Source of the DNA: Raillietiella orientalis
Taxonomy: Eukaryota
Length of the DNA stretch: 64,000 bases
Assembly (NCBI GenBank): GCA_036172245.1
Contig: JAYWIR010000011.1
Coordinates: 806,001-870,000, forward strand
Direction of reading: 5' to 3'
How positions within the stretch are numbered: position 1 is the stretch's first letter; every line of letters starts with the position of its first letter. The translations under genes and the position numbers were made by a program. The notes below the pieces were generated by a model. It saw nothing but the letters and a program-made list of their open reading frames with translations, was not told the DNA's origin and ran no database searches. Positions 52,463-64,000 of this stretch are shown here, one piece after another.

Positions 52463-54799
52463 CTCCTTCTTAGGAGGTGGACGGTTCTTCAGCACTTAAG
52501 GAACCAAAAAAGGAAAAAGGAAAACTAGACCAATGCATCTACAGGACTGCGCCCGCATCGACCTGGGGATGTCGGCAGCCTTCCTGGAGCTCTAGGGATG
52601 TCCAGCTTCTAGAGCGCTGCGATGCCGGTGCTCCCCCTTTGATCACTGCGACGACCCCGAGGGGACTCGCTCAGAGACGCCGAAGCGGCGCAGGTGAATG
52701 CGACTCCGAACTTGGCGAGGTCCGCCCCGGAGCCGCTCGCGCTCGCGTGGGCGTTCTTTCCGGGGCCGCTGTTTCCCGCAGAGCCACGTTCCCTGGAGTG
52801 ACTCCTCGGGAGCGGCCACTCCTTCCGCAGACGGCGCGGCCCACGACCGAGCTACTGGCCTTCCTCCCGGAGCTTCGGGAAGATCAGCAGCACGTGGAAG
52901 CATCGGCAACCGCGAGCCAGCATCCTCGGCGGCCGCCCGTGCTCCAGTGACGCAGTCAGGATCGTGACTCTCGGAGGTGGGAGGAGAATCGTCGGCACCG
53001 GCAGCGTCTCCAGGACCGGCGATGAGAGGTCCGCAGGCTGCTGTGCCGTCAGCGGGAGCGCCAGCATCGGGAACTGCCCCCCCCCCCTCCCCACTCTCTT
53101 CATGGGCTTCACCTGGAACTTCCCTCCTCCGGAAGGAAGGGGTTCCCTTGGCCACCGGAACTCCTGGGAGCATTCGCCTTCCTCCACGCGCGCTTCCGAT
53201 TCCCCTCTCCTGTCCAGAGACGCAGCCGCTTGCTCCCGGAGGAGTCACGTGGTCTGCAGGGTGCTTGCTGCGTTCCTCCTCGTCCTTATCCTTAGGAGGG
53301 GTGAGACCTTAACCCTTCTCATGCTCCTCCTGCGATGTCAGGGGCTCTTCGGAGAACGACTCGGGCATGACCCCTCGTCTACCGCTCCCCTTCCAGGAAG
53401 ACAGGGGCCTCGGACCAAACGGTTCCCTCCTCCCCCCACCGCGAGCGGCGGCAGCAACCTCTAGGGTGGCGACCACGCGAGCAAGAGCGCCGTTTTAAAG
53501 GTTTTCTTTTTTTTTTTTTTGCGCAGGCCCTGTCACTAGCGCGAGGCCACCACGCCCTGCAGCAAGCCGCCATCGGGACGGCAGCCACCTGTTCTCCGTG
53601 CGTACGTCGCTCGCTCGCTCGCTCGCCCCAGGGCAAAACACCTGCGTGTTGCTGTCCTCACTCGCTCCGCCACCTCCTATTGGAAGCTCGAGGGCCAGTC
53701 GTCACTCCGGAGCTTCGTGTGTCCCGCGCAGGCGAGAGGGAGAGACGCGGGGAAGCGTGCGCGCCCCTGCTCTGACCGTCCGTGGTCGCCCAGTCCCTCC
53801 CTCTTTGCGCTCCCGCGTTTCTTTCCTCTGCTGTTCGGTTCGGGTCTCGCGAGCCGTGCATGGGAACGAAGATTCGTGGGGCAACACACCGCCGGTCCAG
53901 CCTACTCCCCTCCGGCGGAGGAAACGAAACAACAACAACGAAAAAAAAAAATCCGTCCGCCTTGCTCTGTCGCCGTTGTCAGTTGCAAGGGAACGTGCCA
54001 TTTCATCTGCAGAGAGCTCGCCTCTTCCTCTCTTCCTTCCTTCTTCCGGACGATGACGGATTCCCACGAGACACCAAATACCGCTCACGGGTGTGACGAT
54101 CGTGTTCTCCGGCGACTGTTTCCCGGGCTTAAAGCGCGGGGGGGGGGTTCGATCCGCCGACCCCACCCGGTTCCTGGGAGGTGTTCCTCCGAGGAAGATT
54201 CTCAAGGACGGAGGGTCCACCTCAGCCGATCGCTCCACACGGGAAAAATGAAGACTGCGCGTCCCGGATGCCCCGGGCTACGCGACTGGGCGGGGGACAC
54301 TTTGGACGCGGAAGAACACCGTGGCGCAGGGGAAGGGGAAGCGGCCAACAAACCTCGAACGCGTTCTAAAAATAGCTCCCGGCGGCCATCTTCGAAGCGT
54401 GCAGCTCGCGCTACCGCTTTGGCTCCATCATAAAATTTTGATCCCGGGGCTCGAGGGGGGAAGAGCGAATGAGAGAAAATAACCGAGGAATTATCCACGT
54501 GGGCCCCTGACTAATTCGGGCCGGCCTTTTTACGAATAAAATCCTGCCCATCGCATCCTCGCGCTTCCCCACGTCACCCGCAAAACCTTCGAATCAGCTC
54601 ATGAAAAAGGCATTTACTTTACTCAAGGAGAATCGTGAGAAGATTTGGTTCTTCCTCTCCTCGCAGGACCAGGAAGAGATACTCTATTTTTTTTTTTTTT
54701 TTTGGTCTCAGAGCTGTAGATGAAGTACAATTGACTTGTATTCATCTCGGAGATTTTTCCCTCCAGGTCCAAGCCGCAATTATCGAGAACAAGCGGTAG

Positions 54800-55800
54800 A
54801 AACAATCGGGAGATTTCTCGAAGGAGAATGCTCAAAGGGAAGAAAAAGCAGCTCCAGAAGCAAATAATCAGCTTCAGCTAACGCATTATAGAAGAGATTG
54901 TGGTAATTGAAGGGTGAGAGGAGAGGGATTATTCGATTCCTGGAAAATCTCTTTGCGAAGACGTGGGAACAAATTATGATGGAGCTGGCAACCGACGCTA
55001 TTTGGACCTGTCGCGGCTGGTAAGGCAGCTGCTGAAGGGGTGGACGGGCACTCCACCTTCCTCCCCATGCCAACGGATGCCAAGCATCCCACCGACAGAT
55101 ATCCGGCAGCCCACCTAAGCCCCCCTTCCCACACCTGCCTGCTACAGAGGCTGACTCGATGCTTGCCGTGCCCTTCAGCGCGAAAGGCGTGTGCACGCCT
55201 GGTTCACCTCTCAGGGGTGAACCCCCGGTGCTACAGTTCGTGCAGCTGGAGAGGAGAGGGGTGGAAAGGGAAGACCCATGAAAATGGGGACCGAACTCAT
55301 GACCTCCAGCACCGTGAGGCCAGTCCACCCTGCGGTGATCGAGGCTGCTCGTCTCGGAAGACAGCCCAGTGCACCACCAACATGGTCGTCTCCTAGTGAC
55401 GTAGAGGAAGTGAGGACGCGGGAATGCCGAGAGAGACTGACCCTTGCGGGCCCCCAAGGAGGTCCGTGGGCGTGACTTTGCTTCCCAGATCATACGTTTC
55501 CTGCTGGGATGTAGACCGGGAGAAACGCCGAATCTGCTTGCTGGATGGAGGGTGCTCTCAGAGGCAGAGCCGTCACCGCTCAGTCGCAGTGGCACCTACG
55601 AAGACGAGCGTGTTCAGGGTGGACGGCTGATCCTCCTCCCATTCCCGTGGCCTATGACGAAATCCCGACGCAAGTCCCACAGAGCGGGTCACGGAGCTTC
55701 TTTTCCGGGGCCGAAGATGAGCGCACTCGAGGCCACCACGACGGGAGACTGAGCGACCTCTCCACAGCACCTACGGAATCTCTTCCAAGTTATAGGAGTG
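54800..55800 (+). mobile_element. Decayed RT relic
   Basis: STFLPMPTDAKHPTDRYP (RT1-2), PQGGP (RT4), TYEDE (RT5), FQVIGV (RT7). Confidence 0.4.
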
Positions 55801-58429
55801 CAAGACTGTGATCTTCTGGGAATACACCAGCAGGCAAGAAAACGAAGCAAAATAAATTTGCAGTTTTTCGAGGAAGAATCGGAAAACTGGAGACCTTGCT
55901 TTTTATGTTTTTTTTTTTTTTAAAAAAAAAGACCCCAGCGACCTTACGAGATCTTTAATATTAAACTAAGGATAAGGGTAATTCTGTATTTCTATTTGCT
56001 GCTTTCGTTCCAGCTTTTTTTTTCTTTCCGGTTTTCTTTCTTTGGTTCGCTAAGCACTCAAGAACCGTTGCTTCATCCCCTAGGGGCATCGGAGTGGCTT
56101 CAACCGCCGCCACTTGGGGGTCACAAGAAGGCTCATCCACTGTCACGGGTCATCCGAGGTGCGTGTGAAGCGGCGAAGGGCAAGGGATACGCATCAATAC
56201 CTAGGAAGGAGCATGTAGTCCATTTCCTGTTTTCCTCTGGCAACCCTGCTTTTCGCGTTTCCACCCTCGTTAGCCGCGCGGAAGGTGAACAGAGACAGAG
56301 TGCGATCCACGTCCTCCATGCCACCAGAACTTCCGCGCGGCTTTTGCCTGCCACTTTCCCTTTTCGCGCGCGACTCCTGCTCTTCCACTTTCCCCTTCAC
56401 CCGTCAACTCATCGCGTGGCCCTGACCGTGACTCCCGAGCCTCGGCGGGCGCACACGCCAGCGCGGACCGAAACTGCAACACAATTTCAGGAAACGCCTG
56501 CCAGGACGACGTCGCGACGAACGGGTATTTCCCTTAAGCACGTTCCCCAAGACGGGAGGCAGGAACGGAAAGGGAAGGGTGCCAAGGTGCTCCAGCTGTT
56601 CCGAGATGTTTCGGTACCTGCAGAAGACCCGAATCCCACATTGGGGTCCTCCCATCGAAGTGCCATCCAGGCGGAACGCGTGAAGAACGTTTTGCGATCG
56701 TTTGCGGCGATGTTCCGCAGGACTTGTCGGGTGCGCCCGGGGTGGCTGCAGGAGCGGGCGACGTTGCAAAACGGGTCAACCACCCTCAGGAGGAACCGAT
56801 GGAATGCGCCACGAAAAGCTCACGAGCATTGAGCAAGGCGAAGCGTAGCGAAACAACGCGGGCGACAGACAAATGTCATGGGACACTTTTAAGAACCAAC
56901 GTTTTGGAACCGAACTCTCGCTGGTGATGACTTCTGGGAGTGAAATGGAATAATGGTGCTGAATGCTGTAGATTCATCCATATCCCATACGTTCCTGTTG
57001 TTCGCGAATCAGCGCGTGTATGTCAATCTCTCTCGTCCGAAGATAGGAGCGTATCTTATTTAAGATGCCGCATGTGATGCGCAATGCACTTGGTTACATT
57101 AATTAAGTACTCTTACGCCAACCCACAGCACATAATAATAACCAGTTACTTCCAGTATCCAAGTCAAGCCAATTCGAGTATCCATAGGATTTCATGCGTA
57201 TCAATCAAATATTTCGAGATGGCATTCGAAATTTTCTTTCTTCTCCCTCGCTGATCCTTGATTGAATTCACCAACATATTACTAGGACTCTAATAGTTCG
57301 CAGCTGTCTTCTAAAATACTCTGGCAGGAACTCTATCTTCCGCTACGTCATTGATCTGCTAGTAGTCTCGGGAGTTAATGCAAAGCGCAGAGTAGTCCAA
57401 ACCTAGCGTTCCAGTCTTAGGAACGGTGCTTTAATCCTGATTCCTACTTTATCATCTTGATGTATGGAGATGTAAACTCGGTCGCACACGCTGCATGTCA
57501 ACCGCCGATTTCTGCGTTTACCCCTTCTGCATGCAGCGAGCATCATTCATTAGGGAACATCACTAACGTGAAAGCTTATTACCATTTCCCGGACCGGGAA
57601 CGGAGTGTCGGGGATGGCAAAAGGAATTCCACTCATGCTCATCTCGGTGCTTCCTCTTCCTCTGCTCTGTAGCGCGGGCACGCAGCTGCTCAAGACGTAA
57701 AAGACCCTGCCTTGAATATTTCCGCGCACGTCTTCCGGCACCCCCAACAGGCAGGGATTTCCCTTCGTAAGCGGCCGTGCCTCTGTGAAACCACCAGTCA
57801 GGAGAGACAGGCGAGGCCGCCACTCGGGCCTGCCCAAACTTCAGGTGTGAGCTGCCACAAAGGAGGTCCTTCGCCGCTCAGCCCGAAGGAACCTCGGAAA
57901 CGGGCGAGACACGTAAGGGCGGCAGCAGACGGCTCGTGCCGGGCAACGAGAGTCAGGAAGGTGAGTGGGAACGCGGAGATGAGCTCCAGTCTTGCGCGCC
58001 CTGACCCGGGATGTTCGCACGCAGATTCCGTCTCCAAGGAGTTCGGCGTGCGACGCACGTGAATGCCGAGATGAATGCGACACTCTCGAGGTCACAATCC
58101 TGGAATTTCGACCTGGAAAAGCACCTATCCGCCTTCGTCCTTACGTTGCCCCCAGAGATAGCATTCGACCGGACATTCCCACGCTGAGAGCAAGATCCCC
58201 CACAAAATTAAATTAAATTAAGTAGGCACTAAATTCCTCATCAACTTCCAACTCCTCGAATGTGTACCGTACAGAACCCATTGTTAACTTAGGTTAATTG
58301 ATGACACTTCATCTTCTGAGGTGAAAACATTTGTGACAGGGCAGAAGTGCAGAGTCTTTGACCATAGGAGGCAGGAATGGCTTCTATCCTTCTAAGTAAC
58401 GCCGGGAAGCAACAACCGGGAAGGATCGG

Positions 58430-58900
58430 GGATTTCATTCCTTGCGGAGTCGCAGAAGAAACCCGAGGCAGCAGTGTCCTCGACTACAGCGCCGAATTCT
58501 CCTCAACCGAGGACAACCCTGACTCGAACCCTGTTTCCCTTTTTTAATTCGAGCACCTTTCTTCACGGGAAGCACAGGGGCAAAATCCTTCGAGAAGCCA
58601 TGCGGAACAGTCGTCTGCTGCCCGAACATCATTGCGAATCCGAGGGGGTCCAAGAGCACATCCTTCGAGGGTGCTTAAGACCTCGAAGTCAGGTAAATAT
58701 CCACGCTTAGACAAGAGATGCCCATATCTTCCCAGCCGGAGCAGGGAGTTCATCTGACAGCAGAATTGCGTGTCAAGACAGAGGGGGCGAACCCTGGCGC
58801 TCGTCTCCCTCCCCCTTTCCCCCGTTTCCCCCTTCTTCCTCCCCCCTGGCTCCGGAACGGGGCAACACACTGTTGCCTCCTTCCGGTATCGTTTCGAGGG
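58430..58900 (-). mobile_element. RT relic
   Basis: VRPLCL, LPDFE, LGFAMMF, GSSQGCP, in order. Confidence 0.45.
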
Positions 58901-60299
58901 CGATCAGTGCACACGATGAGAGATCGCAGGCGATGTAAGGGGCGCAGTCGGTGCCGCATCCCTCTTGGCAACCGTTGCCGGGAATCCATGCGTTGGAGTG
59001 AGCACTGCTGCCTCGCCGCGATCGCGCACCTCCGCTTCGGAGCTCCTCGACACGCCATCGCGTACGAAAGCGCGCGCGCGCGCGAGCGCCTCCCAGGGGA
59101 ATCTTCCTCGTCGGTTGCCACACGACTGGCAAATCGATCAGAGATCGAATCCAAGGTACAGTGCTGCATTTGTCGAACCTGAAGGCTTTTTTTCCTTCTC
59201 TTTCCTGAACATTTGGGGGGCGGCAGAGGAAGGTAGATAATTATAATTTAGACTTTTCTTTTTAGTTTTGCCCTTTTTTAAAAAAAAAATAAAAAATTGC
59301 CTCGCACTTAGCCTAATAGCTAAGGCGAGTGCACCTTCCCGTAAACTCCTTCCCTCAAAACCCGGAATGTCTGGAGCACGTATTTAAGAAAACAGTGCTA
59401 CATTTTTTCATAATAGGTAGGAAGGGGAGGGAAGGGGGGAGAGGAGGCTGCGCTGACGATTCTGAACTTAATGACCGCGATTCGTATTCATTAAGGTACC
59501 TTGCCACGTGATGCCAAGCTGGGAGAATTGAGAGTGGCCCTTCGCCCGTGCTCCAGCAGCCGGCCATAAATTTCGCTTCGTGCCGAATGGAGTAATGGAG
59601 AATCTCCCAATTGCACAAACAGAATAAGCATTCGAGGCCCATTCCGTTCCCGCTGGCGAGACGAACAGAAGACAGGATTCCAGAGAAGGAGGGGAGAAGC
59701 AGGGAAGGTTGAGCGCGGAGGGAGGGTCGGGCGGGTTTGGCGGATCCTCGCGTAGTCGTGCGCTCTCCTCCCTGCATCCGCCGGTGGCGGGATCGGATGC
59801 CGCCCGCCCCTCAACCCGCCCTCAGGAACCCTCTCAGCCTGCCAAGGGCTCTCATTCCCTTGGTCACGGGCAGCCGTTCGCTGAGGGATGGCTCTGGTGC
59901 CGCCGCTGAATCCAGGTCCCGGAGCTTCGGGCGATGTCTTCGGTCTTCCTCGAAGGGAGAGGAGGCAGAGCCCACTTCGCCCCTTCGCGACTACCTTCTC
60001 CTCCGACGGTTGAAGGGGAGGACTCTTCCAAGCCTCGGGGAGCTTGAATCAGGTTAGGAGATGGAGACGTGCCTGCGTGGGGCGGACATCCGCTAGCGAA
60101 CCCCGGATTCTCCTCTCCCTACCCAACGCACCTTTCGAGAACGACGACGTCCATTCCCGTGGGACTGGCCCACCTCCCTCTCCAGTTCACCTGTTTATTC
60201 GTCGACCCGCCGCCCACTCCTCCCTGCCGCTGATCCCCAGAGAGGTCACTCTTGGTTTCGGGCCGGCACGTACTGGTCCTTCTCCAGCTCCATAAATTT

Positions 60300-62000
60300 C
60301 ATTCATTTGCTTTAACGGGATTGCCCGTAAAGCCGGGATGGAAAGATCGTCCCTGGGTGCTCACTGCCATAGGAGATGGGCAGAGGGCGAACCAAGAGAG
60401 AGGGACTCCAGACCCCACTTAGGACCAGGAGGAGGCGCCGCCTCGAGGGCAGCCGCGGGCCCGTCCGTGGGCACGCACGCCGCACCTCCCAGAGGGACTC
60501 CTGGCATAGCGACCCGCGGGGGATCCTTGGGCACTGGCTCTCCCGGTTAGTGCGTCGGGTCAGCTGATTGTCCCAGGGTTCGTCGTTCGAGTCCGCGCCC
60601 ACGGGAGAAGTCCCTGTCTCCCCTGCCCTCCGGCGGCGGGGGTTTCCTCCCTCGCAGGAGTCGGCACTGCGGCCGCAAGAGGTGAGGCCGCCTCCCCCTC
60701 AAACAGGAGGCCCGTCGATGCTCTCCTGACATGAAGCCCACGCTTCCGAGAGGAAGGGCCGAGGGTGGCGGGGAGAACTCCTGCCGCGTTCGTCCCCTCC
60801 CGGTTGCCGCTGGAACCAATCCCGGTTCCTCCGAACGAAGGGATGGGAGGGGGAAGGGTTGGAGTTGTCCAGTGAGCGTTTTCTCGGATCAGCCGGTACG
60901 TTTGGCGGGGGGACACTGGATCCCGCCCCCAAGCGCGAGCGACGACCGCCCGAGGCGGCGCTCGCTCATACCAACCGGTAGGCATGCAGCATGGGAGGAA
61001 TCCCTCATCCACATTGCCAGTCCGGCCCACTATTGTCTCGAGTGCAATTGCTGAGAGTCAGGATGGTTGTAGCAACCGAAAATGAAAGGGCTGCCCAGGA
61101 GGACTGGTGGCTGCTGGTCTGGAATCTACCTCCCCTTTCCTCTCCGGGAAGCGATTCCCGGGGGTGCAATGCGGAATGTCCGGACAGAGAAAGAAGGATG
61201 CCATACCGGCAGTCGCTTACCTCAGTGGGTGGTCAGGCGTGGCCTCAGAGAAGGCGGGGGCAAGACAACTCGAGCGGTGGTTCTCCGCTTTGCCGCTGGA
61301 GGAGCACCTGCGTCGGCGCGATGACAGGATCCCTGGGCTACTGAGATCCGGCAAGTGGCGGCGCAACGGGAAGACTCTGGATCCCTGAGAAGATGGCAGA
61401 AAGCACCAGGAGAAGGGAATGGGGCAAAAACTCCCCCAGCACTTCCAGGCGTACTTTGGGAATACCACATGGGTCACTTTCCGGGATGCAGCCGCCCTGA
61501 AGGCAGCTGCAGGAGGAACTGTCTCGCCAAGAGGGAGGAGCTGAAGGGAACAGACTCATCGCGGAGTGGGGGGGGGGAGGAATCCCTTCTTCTTCCTCCT
61601 CTCTCCTTCATTCCCGTCACCCCGGATGCATCCCCCGCTGAAGGTGTGAACTCTGGCGGTTGATCCAGTGGGCACGTCCGGGAAAGAGCCCTCTAGATCC
61701 ACCCTCCCCTTGCCCCATTCCCTTGGAAGGGAGGGCCATGCTGGGATCGGAGAGAGAAAGTGACGATCGTTCAGAGCCCTGGAAGCAGTGGAAAGGAGGC
61801 AGGAAGGCAGGGGAAGGGGTATCCAATCTGCAGGCGCGAGGTCTCAGAGAGGCAGAGTTGGGACTCTCCTCACAAATGGGGCGGCAACAGCGATGCATGC
61901 TGGGGCCTCCTGAGGGAGCAAACCCCCTTCCAGTTCCGAACGCGAAGGATTGCAACTCCCTTTACTCCCTTCTAGCGGCCCACTAATGAAACATTCGGAG
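60300..62000 (-). mobile_element. Decayed RT relic
   Basis: LPSKG, GAFCHLL, SVAQGS (RT4), PPEGRG (~GGLG); all weak. Confidence 0.35.
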
Positions 62001-62081
62001 CAGGGATCGCCCCCTTTGGAGGCGTCCCAACGATGGGGATGAGAGTTCTTCCCGTGCAATGCTTCGACTGCATCTCCCGGC

Positions 62082-62586
62082 AAAGCTGCTCCTGAACTTT
62101 GGTGATGAATCCACATCGACGGTCCTGTAGCCCTTCCAGAGTTTCTAGTGACCGCTGTCGTCACAACCAACGTTGAGGGATCCCTAGAGACGTGCGCAGC
62201 CCCCGCCCAAGAATTCGCGCCCGGAAGTACAACTGCGCCAGGATGGGAAAAAACATCTACGTCCCCGTTTGGATGCCTACGCCCCTGCTATGTGGGGACA
62301 TGTAGGCAGGCGAAGACAGGGAACTGTCGCCAGCCTCGCGGCAGGGTCGAGCAGCTTCCTCCATGTGGTCTTCACGACGAGGTTGCAGTCCTCGACGGAT
62401 CTTCAGAACAGGCAGCGACCCATGCGGCTCTCCCACGATCTAACGCGGGAAGACTGGACATTTCCACACATCTTCCCTTCCCCATGAGAGCCGCACCCCT
62501 CCTCGGAATCCCCCATTCTCCCAGTGCTTCTCAGCTCGTCCGATCCCAAGGTCCCAGCCAAACTGCGACGAAAGTCTTCACTGATG
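62082..62586 (-). repeat. Inverted high-identity copy of 24697-25202
   Basis: Near-identical translations (TAVVTTNVEGS.ETCAAP.QEF...EQAATHAAL) in ORFs 24498..25136(-) and 62148..62708(+). Confidence 0.97.
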
Positions 62587-64000
62587 TGAAGGACAACGGC
62601 GCTGGAGAAGGCAAGACTTTTTCCTTGTTTCTTCCAGCGCTATTGCGGAAGACTTCCAGCGCTGTAGGTGAAGATACCGAGGCCTCCAGGTGCACTTACC
62701 TTTTCTGAGCTCCGCAGCTGTAGATTCTGTTCCAGCTTCCCCCGAGTGGGCTGACTAGAGGCTGCAGAATCCTGATGTTTTGAGGTGGCCTTCTTGACTT
62801 GGTTCACCAGCTGGTCACTGACCTCACGGTGCGACAGTAAAAGGCACGGTGGCTGAAGGCGCGTGGCACACCTCCTGCGCTTGCGGTAGACACGCGTTCA
62901 GACCTGCGTCTCGTGTGGTCTGGTGTTTGCAGCGGAGCTGAAAACGGGATGCTGACCCTTACGGAGAGCTATCCTCTCCTGACCCGGGTGCTTCGCGACG
63001 AGGGCTGTCTTTGCTGCCTTGTCCTGCTGAACCGTGAGAAAACTGCGGATGATATCATCTCTGCTCTTGTCTTCTCGCTGGCCCTCCTGGACCGGGTTAC
63101 GATGTAGACCTCAGGGACCGATCCTCATCCCTGTCGGTGGCTCTAACGGTGCTTCCGAAGCACGCCGCGTGCGCGAGAGCTTCCGGACGTTAGTGCTCAC
63201 CGTCTCTTCCCCGAAGTACTTCTCCCGACGCCGGGACAATTCCAGCCCTATTCCTGGCGTCCTTCCTTGGGTTACATAGACTCGCCCATGGCGAACACCC
63301 CTCTGGCGCCAGTCGCAGAGGAGAAATAAAGGAGAGGCGTTTGGTGCGGCTCGCGCGCTCGCTACAGCCATCCAGAGATGTGCGTGGGTGCCCGGAGGGT
63401 GCAGGCGTCGTGGTCGAGCATGGCGATCGAGCACTAGCCCTGAGGCGCCTCGGGCATTGCATTCTCGGAGAAGACCCCTGTTGTCGGCTGGTCGGGGTCC
63501 AGCGACTCCCAATGCTCGCAGGAGTCACCCTCTTGATGCGGGCTGCGAGACGACCATGCGCCACGGACTTCGGGCTGCTGATGCGGCGATGGCAGACGTG
63601 CTTCTCCACGCATCTTCCGAGACTCACGCCGTTTCCGGGTGGTCATGCGCTACTCGCACGGGAAGTGTACTATGCCGCGCAGTTGTGGGCGGATCGATGA
63701 GCGACAAACCCTAACCGCTGTCTAGGGAATGACGAAAGTCCGCCGATGCACGATGCTGACCGAAACGGAACGCCAGTGACCTTCTCCTGGTCCCATCGGA
63801 TTGGTCTCCGATTTATCCCCGTTGCACACGAAGGCGAAGGTTGCCGTGGCAACACACGGGTTTCGTATTAGGTTTCTGTGGAGATGCGGTCGGAGATCTG
63901 CGAATCCGAGGACGCCAGACGGAACTCAGTGGCTATCCACCGAAGGGTCGGCGCAGCTGTAGTGACGCCAGGATGACGTCACGACCAATGCCTCTCAGTC
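62400..64000 (-). mobile_element. NeSL/Utopia-like relic running off the window end
   Basis: Homologous to 24200-24900; upstream TGVPF, SSFPRQRL (~LAPWQRL) and HLW..AR motifs. Confidence 0.6.

Noticed and set aside
59301..59331. U2 5'-like sequence ctcgcacttagcctaatagctaaggcgag
   Set aside because: Better explained as a small inverted repeat; U2 similarity is too weak.
1..64000. CRISPR arrays, operons, rRNA or prokaryotic defence systems
   Set aside because: No regularly spaced repeats or dense intact ORFs; the content is eukaryotic (U2, mariner, non-LTR elements).

Overview
Eukaryotic (invertebrate, probably arthropod) repeat-dense DNA. I can support no intact protein-coding gene; the many long ORFs are GC-rich by-products. 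Most of the window is nested, frameshifted non-LTR retrotransposon relics. About a dozen are APE-RT-CCHC (L1/Tx1-like) fragments on both strands, and three are restriction-like-endonuclease (NeSL/Utopia/R2-group) fragments. Also present: five copies of a ~700 bp tRNA-headed SINE-like repeat, a fold-back mariner derivative, a Harbinger transposase relic, an OLA1 C-terminal pseudogene fragment and an inverted segmental duplication. The most interesting signal is two U2 snRNA relics (14569-14612 +, 48332-48474 -) among element types whose known members (Utopia, Keno) target U2 genes, so this may be a decayed U2 locus. That link is inference. I found no convincing novel functional system. All protein and RNA matches were made by eye against remembered consensus motifs, and relic boundaries are approximate.
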